From: Geosiphon pyriformis uo1
Lineage: Eukaryota > Fungi > Glomeromycota
Length of the DNA: 64,000 bases
Reading direction: 5' to 3'
Assembly (NCBI GenBank): GCA_016748015.1
Contig: JAAOMT010000664.1
Span: 504,715 to 568,714 of the forward strand
A model generated the notes under the pieces. It did not search any database. It was not told the origin of the DNA and saw only the letters and a list, made by a program, of their open reading frames with translations. Position numbers and translations under genes: made by a program. Below are positions 24,896-38,728 of the stretch, piece after piece (positions within the stretch are counted from its first letter, which is position 1; each line of letters starts with the position of its first letter).

Positions 24896-26310
24896 ATGCC
24901 GGGCTTTGCGGTAGGCAGATTACTCGCATCTGCTTTGAATGTTTCTTGGCTCTATCCCACTGTTCACAAAAATAGAATTTATAGCAAAGAGAACATCGAG
25001 AACGACAAAGAAGAGCTGAAGCTGCTGCGGCGGTGGCGGCTTCTCGGACTCAGCCGACAACTCCTGTGACAAATGTTTCACCTTTGCTCCCACGAGTCAA
25101 TCTGAAAACATCGAGGACACATCCTCTAAAGTAAATTTTCCACGTGTAATAAATAGTCTTTAAGTCAATAGATAAAAACCCTGTTTCTGGTTTAAAATTT
25201 CAACTTTACAGTGTTAGTTGGCTTTTACCGGACGAATTAGTTGTGACGCTATCGGTCGACCCTTTCCCGCCTTCATCGGACATTTTCGATATATATTCTA
25301 ACCCCTCGTTAGTTGAGCAGTATAAAATTCGGGGAAATGAACTTCTCGAAACATTATTTATTCAAAAGAAGCCTCTTTCATCAAAAGAGCATATTCCTGT
25401 AGAAATTGGGAATTTCGGGTTAAGTTCTTGCCCAGGAAAGAAGGTTCGTCTAAACGGACCAGTTCGAGGACGGGCAACAATTGATCGCGATTTAGTATTA
25501 GATTTTCAACGGCTCAGAACAATGGGAGTCACAACGATCGTTTGGTAGGTTGTTTATTATTGTTCTTGTCTTCAAGTTTTAGGCTTTATTATATTTAATC
25601 CACGAATTCACACACCTCCATATCTTAATGATATTCTTTCAGCTGCCTCAATGATGAAGAATTGAGATATCTAGGCGCACCATGGAGCGAATATAATAAC
25701 CTGGCACAACAGTTAAGATTGAAAATAATAAGGTAGGATTGAATTGTTCACGCAATTTTGTTAGAATTCATTTACATTTTTATAAATCTCTTTTAATCAG
25801 ACTTCCCATGGTCGAAGGGGGTTGTCCTGACTCATTGGAACAGATAGATGAGGTAGTCGTAAAAGTAGATCATCTTATAACAAAAGGCGAAAGAGTTCTA
25901 GCACACTGTCGCGGTGGTGAATATTAATTTTTAATTTAATTCAATTCAATTCATTAAATTCTCCATTCCCATCCCTGCTTGATAATTTTCTAGGGGTTGG
26001 TCGTGCTGGGTTAGTTGCCTGTTGCTGGTTATTGAAGCGGCAATTTTGTTATACCGCCGACCATGCAATACAAATGGTCAGAATGAGAAGAAGTCCCAAA
26101 GCTATTGAAACTCCCCAGTATGTCGCTAAAATTTTGTATTTTGCTTTCTCAAGACAAAGCTCATATTACGTATTTTTTAGGCAAGTAGACTTTATCGTGC
26201 AATATGAAAATTATATTAATTGGAAAATTAAATCAGAGCTTCAAGAGCAACAAAAGGATGTGGATGCTGCCGCTACACTAAGCTCTTTACCTACTAACGG
26301 CGCCTTTTAA
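24896..26310 (+). CDS. CDKN3/KAP-like dual-specificity (Cys-based) protein phosphatase, about 317 aa, 7 exons
   Basis: Exons 24896-24910 (tentative), 24985-25130, 25212-25544, 25643-25732, 25801-25916, 25994-26117 and 26181-26310, all GT-AG and in frame (954 nt). Motifs KTSRTHPLNVSW, LSSCPGKK, RDLVLD, HCRGGVGR (CX5R), AIETPQQ. Confidence 0.88.
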
Positions 26311-26615
26311 AGATTGATGGGAAAAACTAACTTTTTAATAGGCCAGAACAGAAAGCTAGCCTAAAAACGGAAGAAAAACTCGAGTATTCTGTTTCCTGAA
26401 ATTTATAAGAATAATGCTCCAAATTTCATTGTGAAATAGGAGCTGTATCGACTTTATATATCTATCAAAATATATGTTAAATCAAAAAAATCCTCTACAT
26501 TCTTAATGACTAATCCTTGATTGGCAGACATAAAGTAAGCAAGATTATTTAATACGCTTATTTGATTACTGGACTTGAGACTGAATATATCTAAGCGAGG
26601 GAATGATTATTTCGA

Positions 26616-27902
26616 TTATGGGTCTTTTTCCAGTTGAGGCAGGGCTTTTAAACCTTTGGCTTCAAGGTATTTCGGATTAGCGACAAGGACACACGATGTG
26701 GCTTTACATAAAGGTATGGTTTTTTCTTTGTCCAATCCTTCAAAGAATGTTATTCCCGCTGCTCTTTCCAAAATTTCCAAAGGAACTTCGTGTTTTTCAA
26801 GTGGCGTATTATTTGGTATGGGACTATTTGGCAATATGAAGGCTCCCAGTGCATATTGCTTCTGATCCTTGGTCGCTAAAATTACTTTATAAAAGTGATT
26901 CGGGACAGCCACATCATGGCCTTCCCCAATTACTTCGTAATTTACATACCATTTTTCATCCTTTTGATCCTGCTTTGGTAAATAAAGAGGCCCCGAAAAA
27001 ACATAGACGTCAGAAAAACCAGCCTTTTTTACCAAGCGGCGACAAAATTCCTCAAGGTGAGCCCAATCTGAAAAAGAATGGATGTTCAATGTAATTATTA
27101 CATATTAATTGTGAAGAAAGGATTAATAGAATATCACATCTTCATTACTTACAATCCCGATTGAATCCATTACCGACCTAAAAATTCAAAAAATAGTAAA
27201 TTTTGGGGACAAATAATCCTAAAAAAGGTCATTTATTTTATGCACCTGGGGTGAGATATTTGTCATAAGAAACGTTTCATCCATAGCTTGCTGGGAAAAT
27301 TTTATATCGGCAGCAGGAACCATGTGGCCTCGGTCATAACCAGATCGAAAGTAATCTTTTATAGTTACTCGAAATTTCTTTGGAATCTCAAGATCTTCCT
27401 GAAAGCTAGATTTACCGCGATCTACCCCTGTTTTTGTCTTAAGTGTATCTGGAGTTATATGTTCCGCGACCTAAACAGAAAGCAGAGGACAATGATAGAA
27501 CGTAGCCATTTTAATCGGTTAATAGTTGGATGAGATTTACTTACCCAAACTGGATTTCGTAATTGGCGATTATATGAAGCGACATAAGCAGTCCTGTACA
27601 ATATTTCGGTAATAGGGCCTTCATAAGCAAACATATCTCTTTAAAATTATTTTTTAGATAAGCTACATTCTCTCGGATTAATTCGAGAGGTAAGTAAGCT
27701 GGAGTAGGAAGGTAAAAACAGATTTCTGGTTTTTGTGCTATAACCTACTTGGAAAACCAAACGGAAGAATGAATTCCTTAACTGCTCGAGGACGCTCATC
27801 GGGCACGATTTTCTTTTGTCGGAATACGTCCCTATATGCTATTGCAAGTGCACTCAATGCCCCCAAAGTCGCAAAAGCTATTCGTTCGACGGTTCTTGTC
27901 AT
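26616..27902 (-). CDS. NUC1: Mitochondrial-type DNA/RNA non-specific endonuclease (Nuc1/EndoG), 309 aa, 5 exons
   Basis: Exons 27902-27749, 27618-27545, 27470-27246, 27177-27153 (25-nt microexon) and 27067-26616 total 930 nt. Motifs SGYDRGHMVPAAD, NISPQVGNGFNRDYW, VAVPNHFYKV; hydrophobic N-terminus. Confidence 0.95.
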
Positions 27903-30900
27903 TTAAAGTCTAAATTAAATTATAGGTAATGATCATTTATATTATAACCTAAAGATCAGCGAATGTTGATCCCGAATCTTTGGTGTCAAGTTGATTTGGG
28001 ATTCTATTCCAACATGAGTTAGTTTAGAATTCTCAATTCAACACAACCAATCATATTCTTTATGATATTTACCAATAAAAGAATTCCTTTTATCAATCAA
28101 ATAATTGATATTTGACGCGCTTTTAGTTATCGTTATATGTAAAATACTAGTATTTATTTATTGTAATTTTGGCACTATTTTTTTCGATTTTCACAATTAT
28201 TGCTATTATTACCATAACATTGTGTATTACATAAAACTCCAGTTTTTTTACAATTACAATAATTAGTTTTACAATTTTTTTTACAATTGCATTGATAATT
28301 TGTCATTTCTTTTTGATTTTGACGTAAAACTGTTTTACACAAAGAAATAAAGTTATTTGGTATTTCTTACAATTCTGGAAAATTAATAGTCTTAGTAGAT
28401 ATTGTTACAAGTAATTATTTGGGATATTAGAACAAATAACAAATCTGTAACTTGGTGCTTAATAGCTGTTGATGATAGTAATCTCTGAAGGTTTTGGAGT
28501 TTGAAGGTTTTGATTGAGTTTTTTGTATAATGAACAGAGATTCAATTGATGATTTCTTTTGTGAATTTTAATTTCTTTAATTAATTAGTAAACAACAAAA
28601 AAAAGAAAATAAAAGAAAAAAAAAGAAAAAAAAAATAAGAAAAAAAATAAGAAATTAGTATCTCATCAATAGCCATAATTAAGAACTATTGGTCCAATAT
28701 GATTAAGTATTAGATTCTATCAATATGGAGTGTTGATAATATAAAATATATTAATATTTCTTTAATTAAGTGATAATAACATAGATTTAGATAATAATAA
28801 ATGTTTTATTGATATAAATATAATTCCATTTCAAGTTATAAAAAACTATTTTTTGAAGGGAAAAGTATTGTTATTCTGAACTGAATTGTCTCTATTGAAT
28901 ATTTTTTCTGTTTTTAATACTCTTACTATATATACATAATTTATAATATATGAAATTTTTTAAAATCCTTCAATTTTTTTGAAAGGAATTCTGAAATTTT
29001 GAAATTCTTCTTTCTATTATAACTATTTCTGATTAGCTATTTTATTTACTTATTATAATTTCTAATTTCTATAAGTAATATTATTCTCTCCTTTTAATAT
29101 TGAGTTCTATCAAAATTTTTTAAATTTCTTATATTTTTTTCTTAGATTAGCTCTTTAACTTCTTTTTCAAGAATTGTTTTTGTAATTCTGGTCTGCAATT
29201 TGTTAAATTGGGCATTGATTAATTTTTCCAGTTGATTGATAGTCATTATATTTATTACTGAATATAGCAATATTTCTGGCCAGTTCTAAAATCCTATTTG
29301 TAATCAGTAAATGGCTCTTGTACATATGAGTAAATTGTTTTTTTCCACAACTTGTTCAAGTTATTATTATATAGTTATATTAAACATTTTTTTGGTCTTA
29401 TTTGTGTATAAGTTCTGAATGTTTAGTTTTTGTTTCAATTAATAGTAATAAAAGTTCTTGGAAATTTGTTGTGTCTATTGGTTTTAATTTTTTAGTATTA
29501 TTTCTTGATCTGATATTACTATTTTTGAAGTTTCCAATTTTTTTTTACTTTTTTTATTATTTTGTTTACTGAATTTTCATAAGTATAATATTTGGAATAT
29601 TGTTTTTTCTTTGGAATTTTTAAGTTATTTTTTTGTCTTTATATTGAATTGTTTATTTGTTAATAGTAATTTCTAGATTTAATTTTTAATGTTGGATAAG
29701 TTGTAATAATTGTTGTATAAGTAAGTGAATGCTATTGGTAATTTTCATCTTTTTGTTTGCTTTTGTTATGTGTATTGGTTTTTTATATACTGTTTTTGTA
29801 AATCAATTTGATGTGTTTGTGTTAATTATTATAATTGGTTTTAAATCTTATGAAATTTTATCTGATTGGACTAGTATTTATTGTACTCTTAATTGTGAAA
29901 TATTATTGGTAAATGATAATACTATATTGTAATATAATTTTAGTCAATTTTTATGTGTTGTTTTAGCTAAAATTTTGTTGTTCTATCTTAATTTATAAGC
30001 TCTATTTTCTAAAAAATTTTTAATGTAAAATAATCTGTCTTATTTGAAGTCAAATTTTCCACTTTATTGTTTTTTTGCTTTAATATAATATAGGAGTACT
30101 TTGTTTCTAATCTTGAATTCAATTGGTTTATTTGATAACTGGTTATTATGTTGTTTTTTTGTTTTGCTTGTAACTTTTGTATATTATTAGCTATTCTTTG
30201 CTTTTTGTTTTCTAAAGTTTTTATTAAGTCATATATATTTTTTTATAATGTTCTTTGGAAATTGGCTTTTGTTATTGGCTTTGTTAAATATATATTGATA
30301 TTTATCTTAATTGGTAATATTGTTTTTTTACTATAAACTAGTTCAAATAATGTTGCTAATATAGTATCTTGTTTTATTGTCTGATAAACAAATAATACTA
30401 ATAATATAAACAAATTTTATTTATTATTACTTATAAAAATTAGGAATTATAATAATAAGTAAAATAGCCAATTAGAAATAAGTATAGTAAAAGAAAGAAT
30501 TCCAAGATTTTTTTTGAAGAATTGCAGAATTGCAGAATTCTAAAGAATTTTATATAACACAAATTATGTATATATAGTAAGAGTATTAAAAATAGAAAAA
30601 ATTTATTTAATTTAAACAGAATAGTAACTAACAATAAATACTTACTCCTACTTCTCTTTTCAAAAGATAGTTTTTTATAACTTAAAGTGAAATTACATTA
30701 ATATTAATAAAATATTTAATTATTATTCAATTCATATTATTGTTACTTGATTAAAAAAATATTAATTACTTATATACTATCAATACTTTATGTTAATAGA
30801 CTTTAATACTTAACCATACCCAAACATGACTAAATAATATGAAAAAAGCCATTGCAACCAATAAATAAGACAATGATAGAACAATTTAAGCCATTTCATA

Positions 30901-33900
30901 CTTTTTTTAAAACACTACTAATTTATGGTATTAGAATCTTGTAAACAAATTTCAAGATTTTGATGTATTTAAAACCATATTTTTACAGTATTTTAGCAAT
31001 AATAATAGTATTAATTACTTGTTAACTAGTTTTATTACAATCAAACAAAATAATACTGAAACAATTATTACTTACTTAAAATGCTTCCACAGAAATCTGC
31101 ACTAAATTCAAGCAATTAATGCTGATTACTTTATAGCATTACAAATCTTAAATTAATTCATTTATGAATTATATAGCAGCTTATTACAAAAAGTATGTCC
31201 AATATATCTGAATACTCTCCAAAATACAATTATATATGCTGGAAATTTTGAATTAGCCAAACTCAAGGCCAATTACACCCAAGCCATAAATCTAATAATA
31301 AATAGATTATATGAATTAAATACTAAATTAAAGCAATTTGGCAAAGTCATCAATCTGAAAATTGAGAAATATTTAGTTAACAATTAAGCAATTTATCAAT
31401 TTTCTTAATATTGTGATATTTTAGAAAACTTCAATCATTTCTAAAATCAATTGCATTCATTATTAATCAATTAACTATAACAACAAAAAATGCATAATTG
31501 TTATCATTGTGATAAACAAGACTATTTAAAAGCAAATTGCTGATCCAAATTTAATATCTAACAATCAGAAAATCAATATCAAAACTCCAATTGCAGGTTT
31601 CAAACCAGAACTATGCCAACAATTTATCATTAAGATCATACTCATATTAGTCTCATTATATCCTAATAATACAACAACCAATATATTTATTTTCAGTATA
31701 TTAAACTTCAGCACTAATAATATATTAACTACAGTCTTAAATTATTTATTAACTTCAACCAATTTAAATACTGTCACAAAACTTAGTTTAAATATTAACT
31801 GAAAATTAAAGGCCAAAAATTATACACATTTAACAGAACTGATAATCAACAATAATAAGGTACCAATCAATCTCCAGTTTATTAAATCAGCTATTAAGAT
31901 TATGATAACAGAGTTCAGAAAATAAGTACACTCAAAACCCAAATTTTCAATATTATTTAAGTCTTTTAGTTATCTCAGAGAACAACTTATCTAATAATTT
32001 AATATTACTCACCAACAATATTTTACCAATAACCATTATAGATAACAAGTTATTTGCAGTTATTTTCTCTTTCAAATTAAAAAAATCAACAATAACACTT
32101 CTATTTAGTGAAATCACTCTTAACATTAAACTAATTACTGCTATATATACTAATATTAAAGTTAATAGCCAATCTATTAAGCTAATTCTTAATAATGAGT
32201 TAGCAAACAGCATTATTACATGACAACTTATAAACCAATTAAGTCACTAAGTTGATTGTACTGCCAACACCAAAATTATTACAGCTGATAAAACAATAAA
32301 AACTTCTATTGGCAAAATTAATAACTTCTTTTTTAAAGTTAACAATATTATCATGCCAATTAAGATTCTAGTTATAAAAGCCACATAATACCAAGCTCTT
32401 ATTGATAATAACTGGCTGTTTAAAACCAATACTGTACTTGACTAGACCATATAAAAACTACAGTTTAGTTAAGATAATCAGCATACTCAGATACCAGCTA
32501 CTTGTTGCCACTTTAGAACAAATACTATTATCCAATTACTACTAATCAAATTTGAAAAAAAAAACCTACCTAAAAAGCTTATTAAATCTTGTAAACTAAA
32601 GACAATTACAATGAGCTACTACCAATACTCTCTTGAAACAACAAAAGAAAAAAAAAAAACAAACTGCAAGCCATCATCTTCACAGAAAAAACAAATAATA
32701 GTTGATATATTTTATACTTAATAGACTTAAAAAAAGAACTATCTTATATTTTTCTTAGATATATTAATTATAAGAAGAAGCTTTCCTTCATGAAAGCTTA
32801 AATATTATCCAAAAAAAACTACTGGACATGTACCCATTACTATTGCAAACCATGTTACAAAAAATGCTTTAGTTATTTTAAACAACAAAGAAAGTAAAAC
32901 AACAAATCACGTTTTGCTTGTGGAAAAATATTATTCAATAAAAAAATATAAAACAATATTTTTGGTTGAGAAAAAATATGTGACACTTTGTGTTAATATA
33001 TAATTTTTATAAATAACTGGATAAGCCAAAGAATATTTTTTAATGTCATATAGAATAAAGTTCTCTTATGTTTAAATAGTTACTCACATAATAAAAACAA
33101 AATCTGGCAAATGACAAGTGCTAAAGTTAAAAACACTTTACTTAGTAAAATACTTGTTATCAAAAATAATCCACCAAAATTTGTTAAAACCATTTTTATT
33201 TTCAATTCTAATGTATTTATTGACATTATGAGTAACTCAAAACAATTTTATGAACATTACCAAGATTTAGTACTGATTAAAGAAAAGCAAAAACAGTGTT
33301 TGGAACAATTAAATACTAAATTTTGTAAACATTATCTAATTTCCAATAACTTTAAATATTGTGACAATTGTAACTTTATTTACAATTCACTACTGTATAT
33401 AATTTATTCAATTCTTAAAAAAAAGAACCAATTAACAGATGTGCATTAAAATCAAAATCAAAATTTGATCACAATTTAGACTTTGATAATAATAACAACA
33501 ATAGTTCTAATTCTATCCACAATGACAATAACAATAATAACAATTCAAACTCCAATGAAAACTTCAAACAATATATACATTTTTAGATCTTTTAAAAGAG
33601 CAGAAACTTACATAGTTCAGTAATAATAATAAGAATATTATGCCAGAATGCATACATAATACCAATACAGAGTTTGATTTTAGATATCCAGAAAAACTGC
33701 CATTAGATTGAAATCTTATTCATGCATTAATATAGATCTAAAAATAGCACTGAAAATTCTGGTGACAATAATAATTTAATTAGCATCTATATCTAGTTTA
33801 GCAAAAAAAGGGATTAATATTAAAAAAAAAATAATTAATACAAGATATATAAGAAATATTGTTACAATACTACAAAATAATTCAGAAAAAGAATATACTA

Positions 33901-36900
33901 TTAAACCAAATAAAAAGATAGCACAAACAATATTTCTGTCTTTGGTTAAAATAGCTTAATTAGTGCCAATAGAAACAAAAAAAGAGTTAAGGATTACAAC
34001 AAAAAAAATAAAAAAATTCAGATTTATAAGTAGAGTGAAAATACCAGTCAATATGACAGAAAAAAAACCATTAATTAGGAAAAAATTATTTTTACTTATC
34101 AATCAATTTTTATTCTATCATATAACTAGTACATAATAGCTATAAAAAGAAAAATAAAGGATCAACTTCAGATTTTTGAAGCTGAAACAAACATTTGTAA
34201 ATCAAGAGATATTGGTATTATCAATCTCTATATATCAGCCAAAAATCACAAACACATTAAGATCTTAATACATAACACAACCAAAAACTTTATAGAAATA
34301 CCAAGTATAATTATTATTAAATACTTAAGTACTAAAGTTAAAAATTAAGCATTTATCATTATTTTAGACTTTTTACAATTGTGTAAATATGTGAATATTA
34401 TATTATAAACAATTTACAGATGAAAAGAATATTATTTGCTACAACCAAAACAGTTGGAACAAATAAACTTAAGGAATTTAGACTTATTTTAACATATGTA
34501 GCTTAAAATATTACTCAACAATTTCACTGACATTTTTGCAAGTAAAAATAAATTTGGCCAAACTGATATTATCTAGCATCAAATTAAAACTGGAGTTGTC
34601 ATGCCAATAAAACAATAAGCATACAGAATACCACCAGTTAGCCATGAAATAATTCAACAAAAAAGCAACCAAATATTGGACAATAGATTAATTCAATCAT
34701 TAATGAGTTTATGATTATTACCAATAGTATTTATTCATAAAAAAAATAAAAAAATCTACTTTTGTATGGATTATAGAAAGCTCAATAGTATAATGTGTAA
34801 AGACAGTTATCTAACTCTACAAATCCAAGAGCTATTTAATGCTTTTGGAGGAAAAAAATTGTTTTTTATATTAGATTTAGATAGTGGTTACTAACAAGTA
34901 GCCATGAATTTAGTAAACAAAGAGAAGACAACATTTATTACTAAAAAAAAAAATTTCGAATTTAATGTTATATTATTCAGCTTAACCAATGCTCCAGCCA
35001 CCTTCCAACAGTTTATGAAAATTGTCTACACCAGATTACTATAAAAATCTGTAATAGTTTACTTAAATAACACTAATGTGTTCTCAGAAACATTTAATGA
35101 TTATTTTTATTATTTCTAATAAGTGTTTTAATAATTAAAAAAAGCTGATTTGAAATTAAATACAACTAAATGCTTTTTTAGCAAAACTAAACTCAAGCTT
35201 TTGGAACATATTGTAAGCAAAAACAGCATAAAAACAGATTTAGACAAGATTAAGATAGTCAAAAACTTTTTAATATTAACAAATCTTACAGAATTAAAAG
35301 CATTCTTAGAATTTGCTGAATACTATTACCACTTTATCCAAAACTTCTCTAAACTGGCTCAATCACTTTATCAGCTCTAAGCAAAAAATGTGAAATATGA
35401 ATGGACTGAAACTCAACAAGAAGCTTTTGACATCTTGAGAAAAAAGCTTATTTAAGCTTTAGTATTAATCTATTCAGATTATAGCAAGCCATTTATTATT
35501 ACTATTAATACATCCAGTCAAGCATTGAAAGCTGTATTATCACAAAAAAACAGATAAACAAGAACATCCAGTGACATATGTTAGCTAAAGTTTAAGTCTA
35601 ACTGAAAAGAACTATAAAACTCCAACATTAGAATACTTAACTATCTATTGGGCTGTTATTAAATAAAAAAAATACTTAAGTCAAAAGTTTGATGTATACA
35701 CTAATTACAAAAGATTAACATCAATTCAGAAGCAAAAATTTGGAAATAATTGTCATGCAAGCTAGAAAATAAAACTATGACTATTTAATTATACTGTATA
35801 TTATAAAAAAGGAAAAAAAAACAAAAATGCCAATAATTTGTTGTAAATAAGACAAATCTAAAACATTTTGACCCAAAAATATAACAAAAAATAAATACAC
35901 AAAAATATCAACAACTTCAATATTATATTAATATTCAATAGTTCAAGAAAAAATTATCTCAAAAAAAACAAAACAACATAAAACAACAATCAAAATACTT
36001 TATCACTTATTAGAATATATTATATCAAAAAAACAAAAAATATTCAAACCAGTTTCTTAGAGTAATTACAAAATTAGAGAAAGAAACAATACTGTTTAAT
36101 ATACATACAAATCTAACAACAAGATATTTTTATAAAAAAGCAATCATAAAAAGAACTAAACAAAAATACTACTGGCCATCTATATATTCAGATATTATTT
36201 AATATGTTCAAAATTGTAATGCTTGTCAAAGAAAAAAAGAAACAAGATTTAGTAAACCATTAAAACCAATCAAAATAAAACAACTATTTGATTGAATTGG
36301 AATTAACTTAGTCAAATCATTAACAATAACCAGCAAAGACAATCAATATATAGTAATAGTCATGAACTATCTTATAAAATAGCCAGAAGTAAAAGCAATT
36401 TAAAGAGCAAATGCAGAATTTGTAGCCAAATTCATTCACTAAGATTAGATTTGTCGATATAGATGTTTAAAAGAATTATTATTAAACCAAAAAACTTATT
36501 TTGTAAACAAAATATTAACAAAATTAAGTTAAAAATTTGGAATTAAAAGATTATTATTATCACTATATTATTTATAAACAAATAGTTTAGTTGAAAAATT
36601 CAACAGAACATTGTGTAAAATGATAACCAAGATCAACCAAAAAAACCAGAATAAATAAAATTAGTATTATTTGCTTATTAGACAATAAAGCAAGATACTA
36701 TATAAGCAACACTATTTAAACTTGTCTATAATAAAACAGCAATATTATCAGTAAAGATAAATATCAATATATATCTAATAAAACCAATAACAGAAGCCAA
36801 TTTCCAAAAAACATTACTAAAAAGAACATATAATTTAATAGAAACATTAGAAAACAAAAAATAAAGAGCAGCTGATAACATCTAAAAGTCACAAAAAAAA

Positions 36901-38123
36901 CAAAAAAAATAATGTAACTAGTTACCAGATAAACCAATCAAATTCAGAATTGGAGACAAAGTATTCTTATATTATACCAAAATAGAAAAACAATGAAATG
37001 AAAAATTTAATTTCAAATAGAATAAACCATTTTACATTAAAAAAATTCTAGAAAATAAAGCTTATAAATTAAGATAAGACAACAAAATTTTAACTAAAAC
37101 AGCACATAAAAATTAATTGAAACTATATTACAATATAGTATTATTATCAATTAGTAATATTCCACAACTAGAAATACAATAAATACTAATTTAACCAAAT
37201 GAGATTTCATGAGATTTAGAACCAATTATAATTATTGACATAAACATGTTATATTAATCTATTAGAACAGTATATAAAAAATCAATACATACAACAAAAG
37301 CAGATGGAAAAATAGAAATTATTAATAACATTTACTTACTAGCTTAACAACTATTCCAATTAATTAAACATAAAAAATTGAACATAAAAATCACAATCAG
37401 TCAACAAACCATTCAATATAAAGACACAAAAAAGAAACAGAAACTCCAATATAAAGTACAACATAAGGAATATAAAAAACACAAAAATATAGTAGAGGAT
37501 ATAATAGCCAAAGTAAAAATATCCATAAAAACACCAAAGACAATAGTACTATATAAGGAATTAATAGAAGAAAATTAAAAATAGTAAACACAACAATTTT
37601 CAAGAAACTTTTGCTATTATTACTTGGAACAAAAGATTTATATTCAGAATTTATATACAGATAAAACAAGATGAATGTTTAATACAACAATATTACAACA
37701 ACTTAAACAATTCGTGGAAAAAAACAATCTATCTACACAGGCATAAACAATATACCAGTTACAAACAGGATTCCAAGACTGTCCAAAAATACTGCTACAC
37801 TCAACAATAAACATAGTAATTATTAACCAATTGGAAAAAATTACCAATGTTCAATTTGAAGAATTACAGACCAATATTGTCCAAGTAATTCTTAAGAAAA
37901 AAGTTATGAAGCTAATTCAAAAGAGAAATTTAAGAAATTTAGAAGATTTTGACAGAGCTTAATATTAAAAGGAGGAAATAATGTTACTCATAGAAATTAG
38001 GAATTATAATAATAGATAAAATAGCCAATCAGAAATAGGCGTAGTAAAAGAAGAAATTCCAGGATTCCTTTTGAAGAATTGCAGAATTCCAAGAAATCTC
38101 GTATAATACAAATTATTTATATA

Positions 38124-38728
38124 CAGAGGGTGTCCAAAAGTTTCCGAACAAGATTTATTTAACAATAATATTTATTTTTTCATAAAATAAAACAAAATAA
38201 ACAACATATTTATAATTTTATAGTAATTTTCTAAATTTTTCCATTAAGTGTTACTAAACTTTTAAGTCGGCGATATTTTTGGTGAGTAAATAAACGTGGA
38301 CGTCCTGAAAGAGGTCTTGAATCAATTGAACCAGTTTCTTTAAATCGTTTTATTGTATCCGAAACTGTTGTCAAGCTGCAATTGACTATGTTGGCAATAT
38401 CACGATATTTCTTGCCATGCTGTTGTAATAAGCATATAGTATTACGTTGAGCAATCGTTAATTCTTTTTTTGCTCCCATTTCGTTTTAATAAAAACGACG
38501 AAAAAATCTTATATGCGCGTTACATTTCATTTTTATAAAAAAACGAGTATGAATAAAATCGATTATGCGCGTCGCGAAAAAACATTATACACGCGTGTTT
38601 AAAAAATAAAAAACGCGTAATTAAATAATTAACTAACTTAATTTAGTAATAAACTCGTGCTTTTCTATTTATTCAAGCATGTGGAATGTTACTCCAAAGT
38701 TTGTTCGGAAACTTTTGGACACCCTCTG
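38124..38728 (-). mobile_element. Non-autonomous Tc1/mariner element (605 bp) inserted in the TATA region of D's 3' LTR
   Basis: Perfect 28-bp TIR CAGAGGGTGTCCAAAAGTTTCCGAACAA (38124-38151 / 38701-38728); TA TSD. Confidence 0.97.
38231..38479 (-). CDS. Truncated Tc1 transposase, N-terminal HTH only (82 aa)
   Basis: ATG-initiated ORF with HTH (YRDIANIVNCSLTTVSDTIKRF) and SGRPR linker; no DDE domain. Confidence 0.8.
   Translation of the reverse strand: MGAKKELTIAQRNTICLLQQHGKKYRDIANIVNCSLTTVSDTIKRFKETGSIDSRPLSGRPRLFTHQKYRRLKSLVTLNGKI

Noticed and set aside
26616-27902. Functional coupling of NUC1 or the phosphatase with the dUTPase retroelements as a defence system
   Set aside because: Both are ordinary intron-containing host genes outside any element boundary; adjacency is expected in a TE-dense genome.
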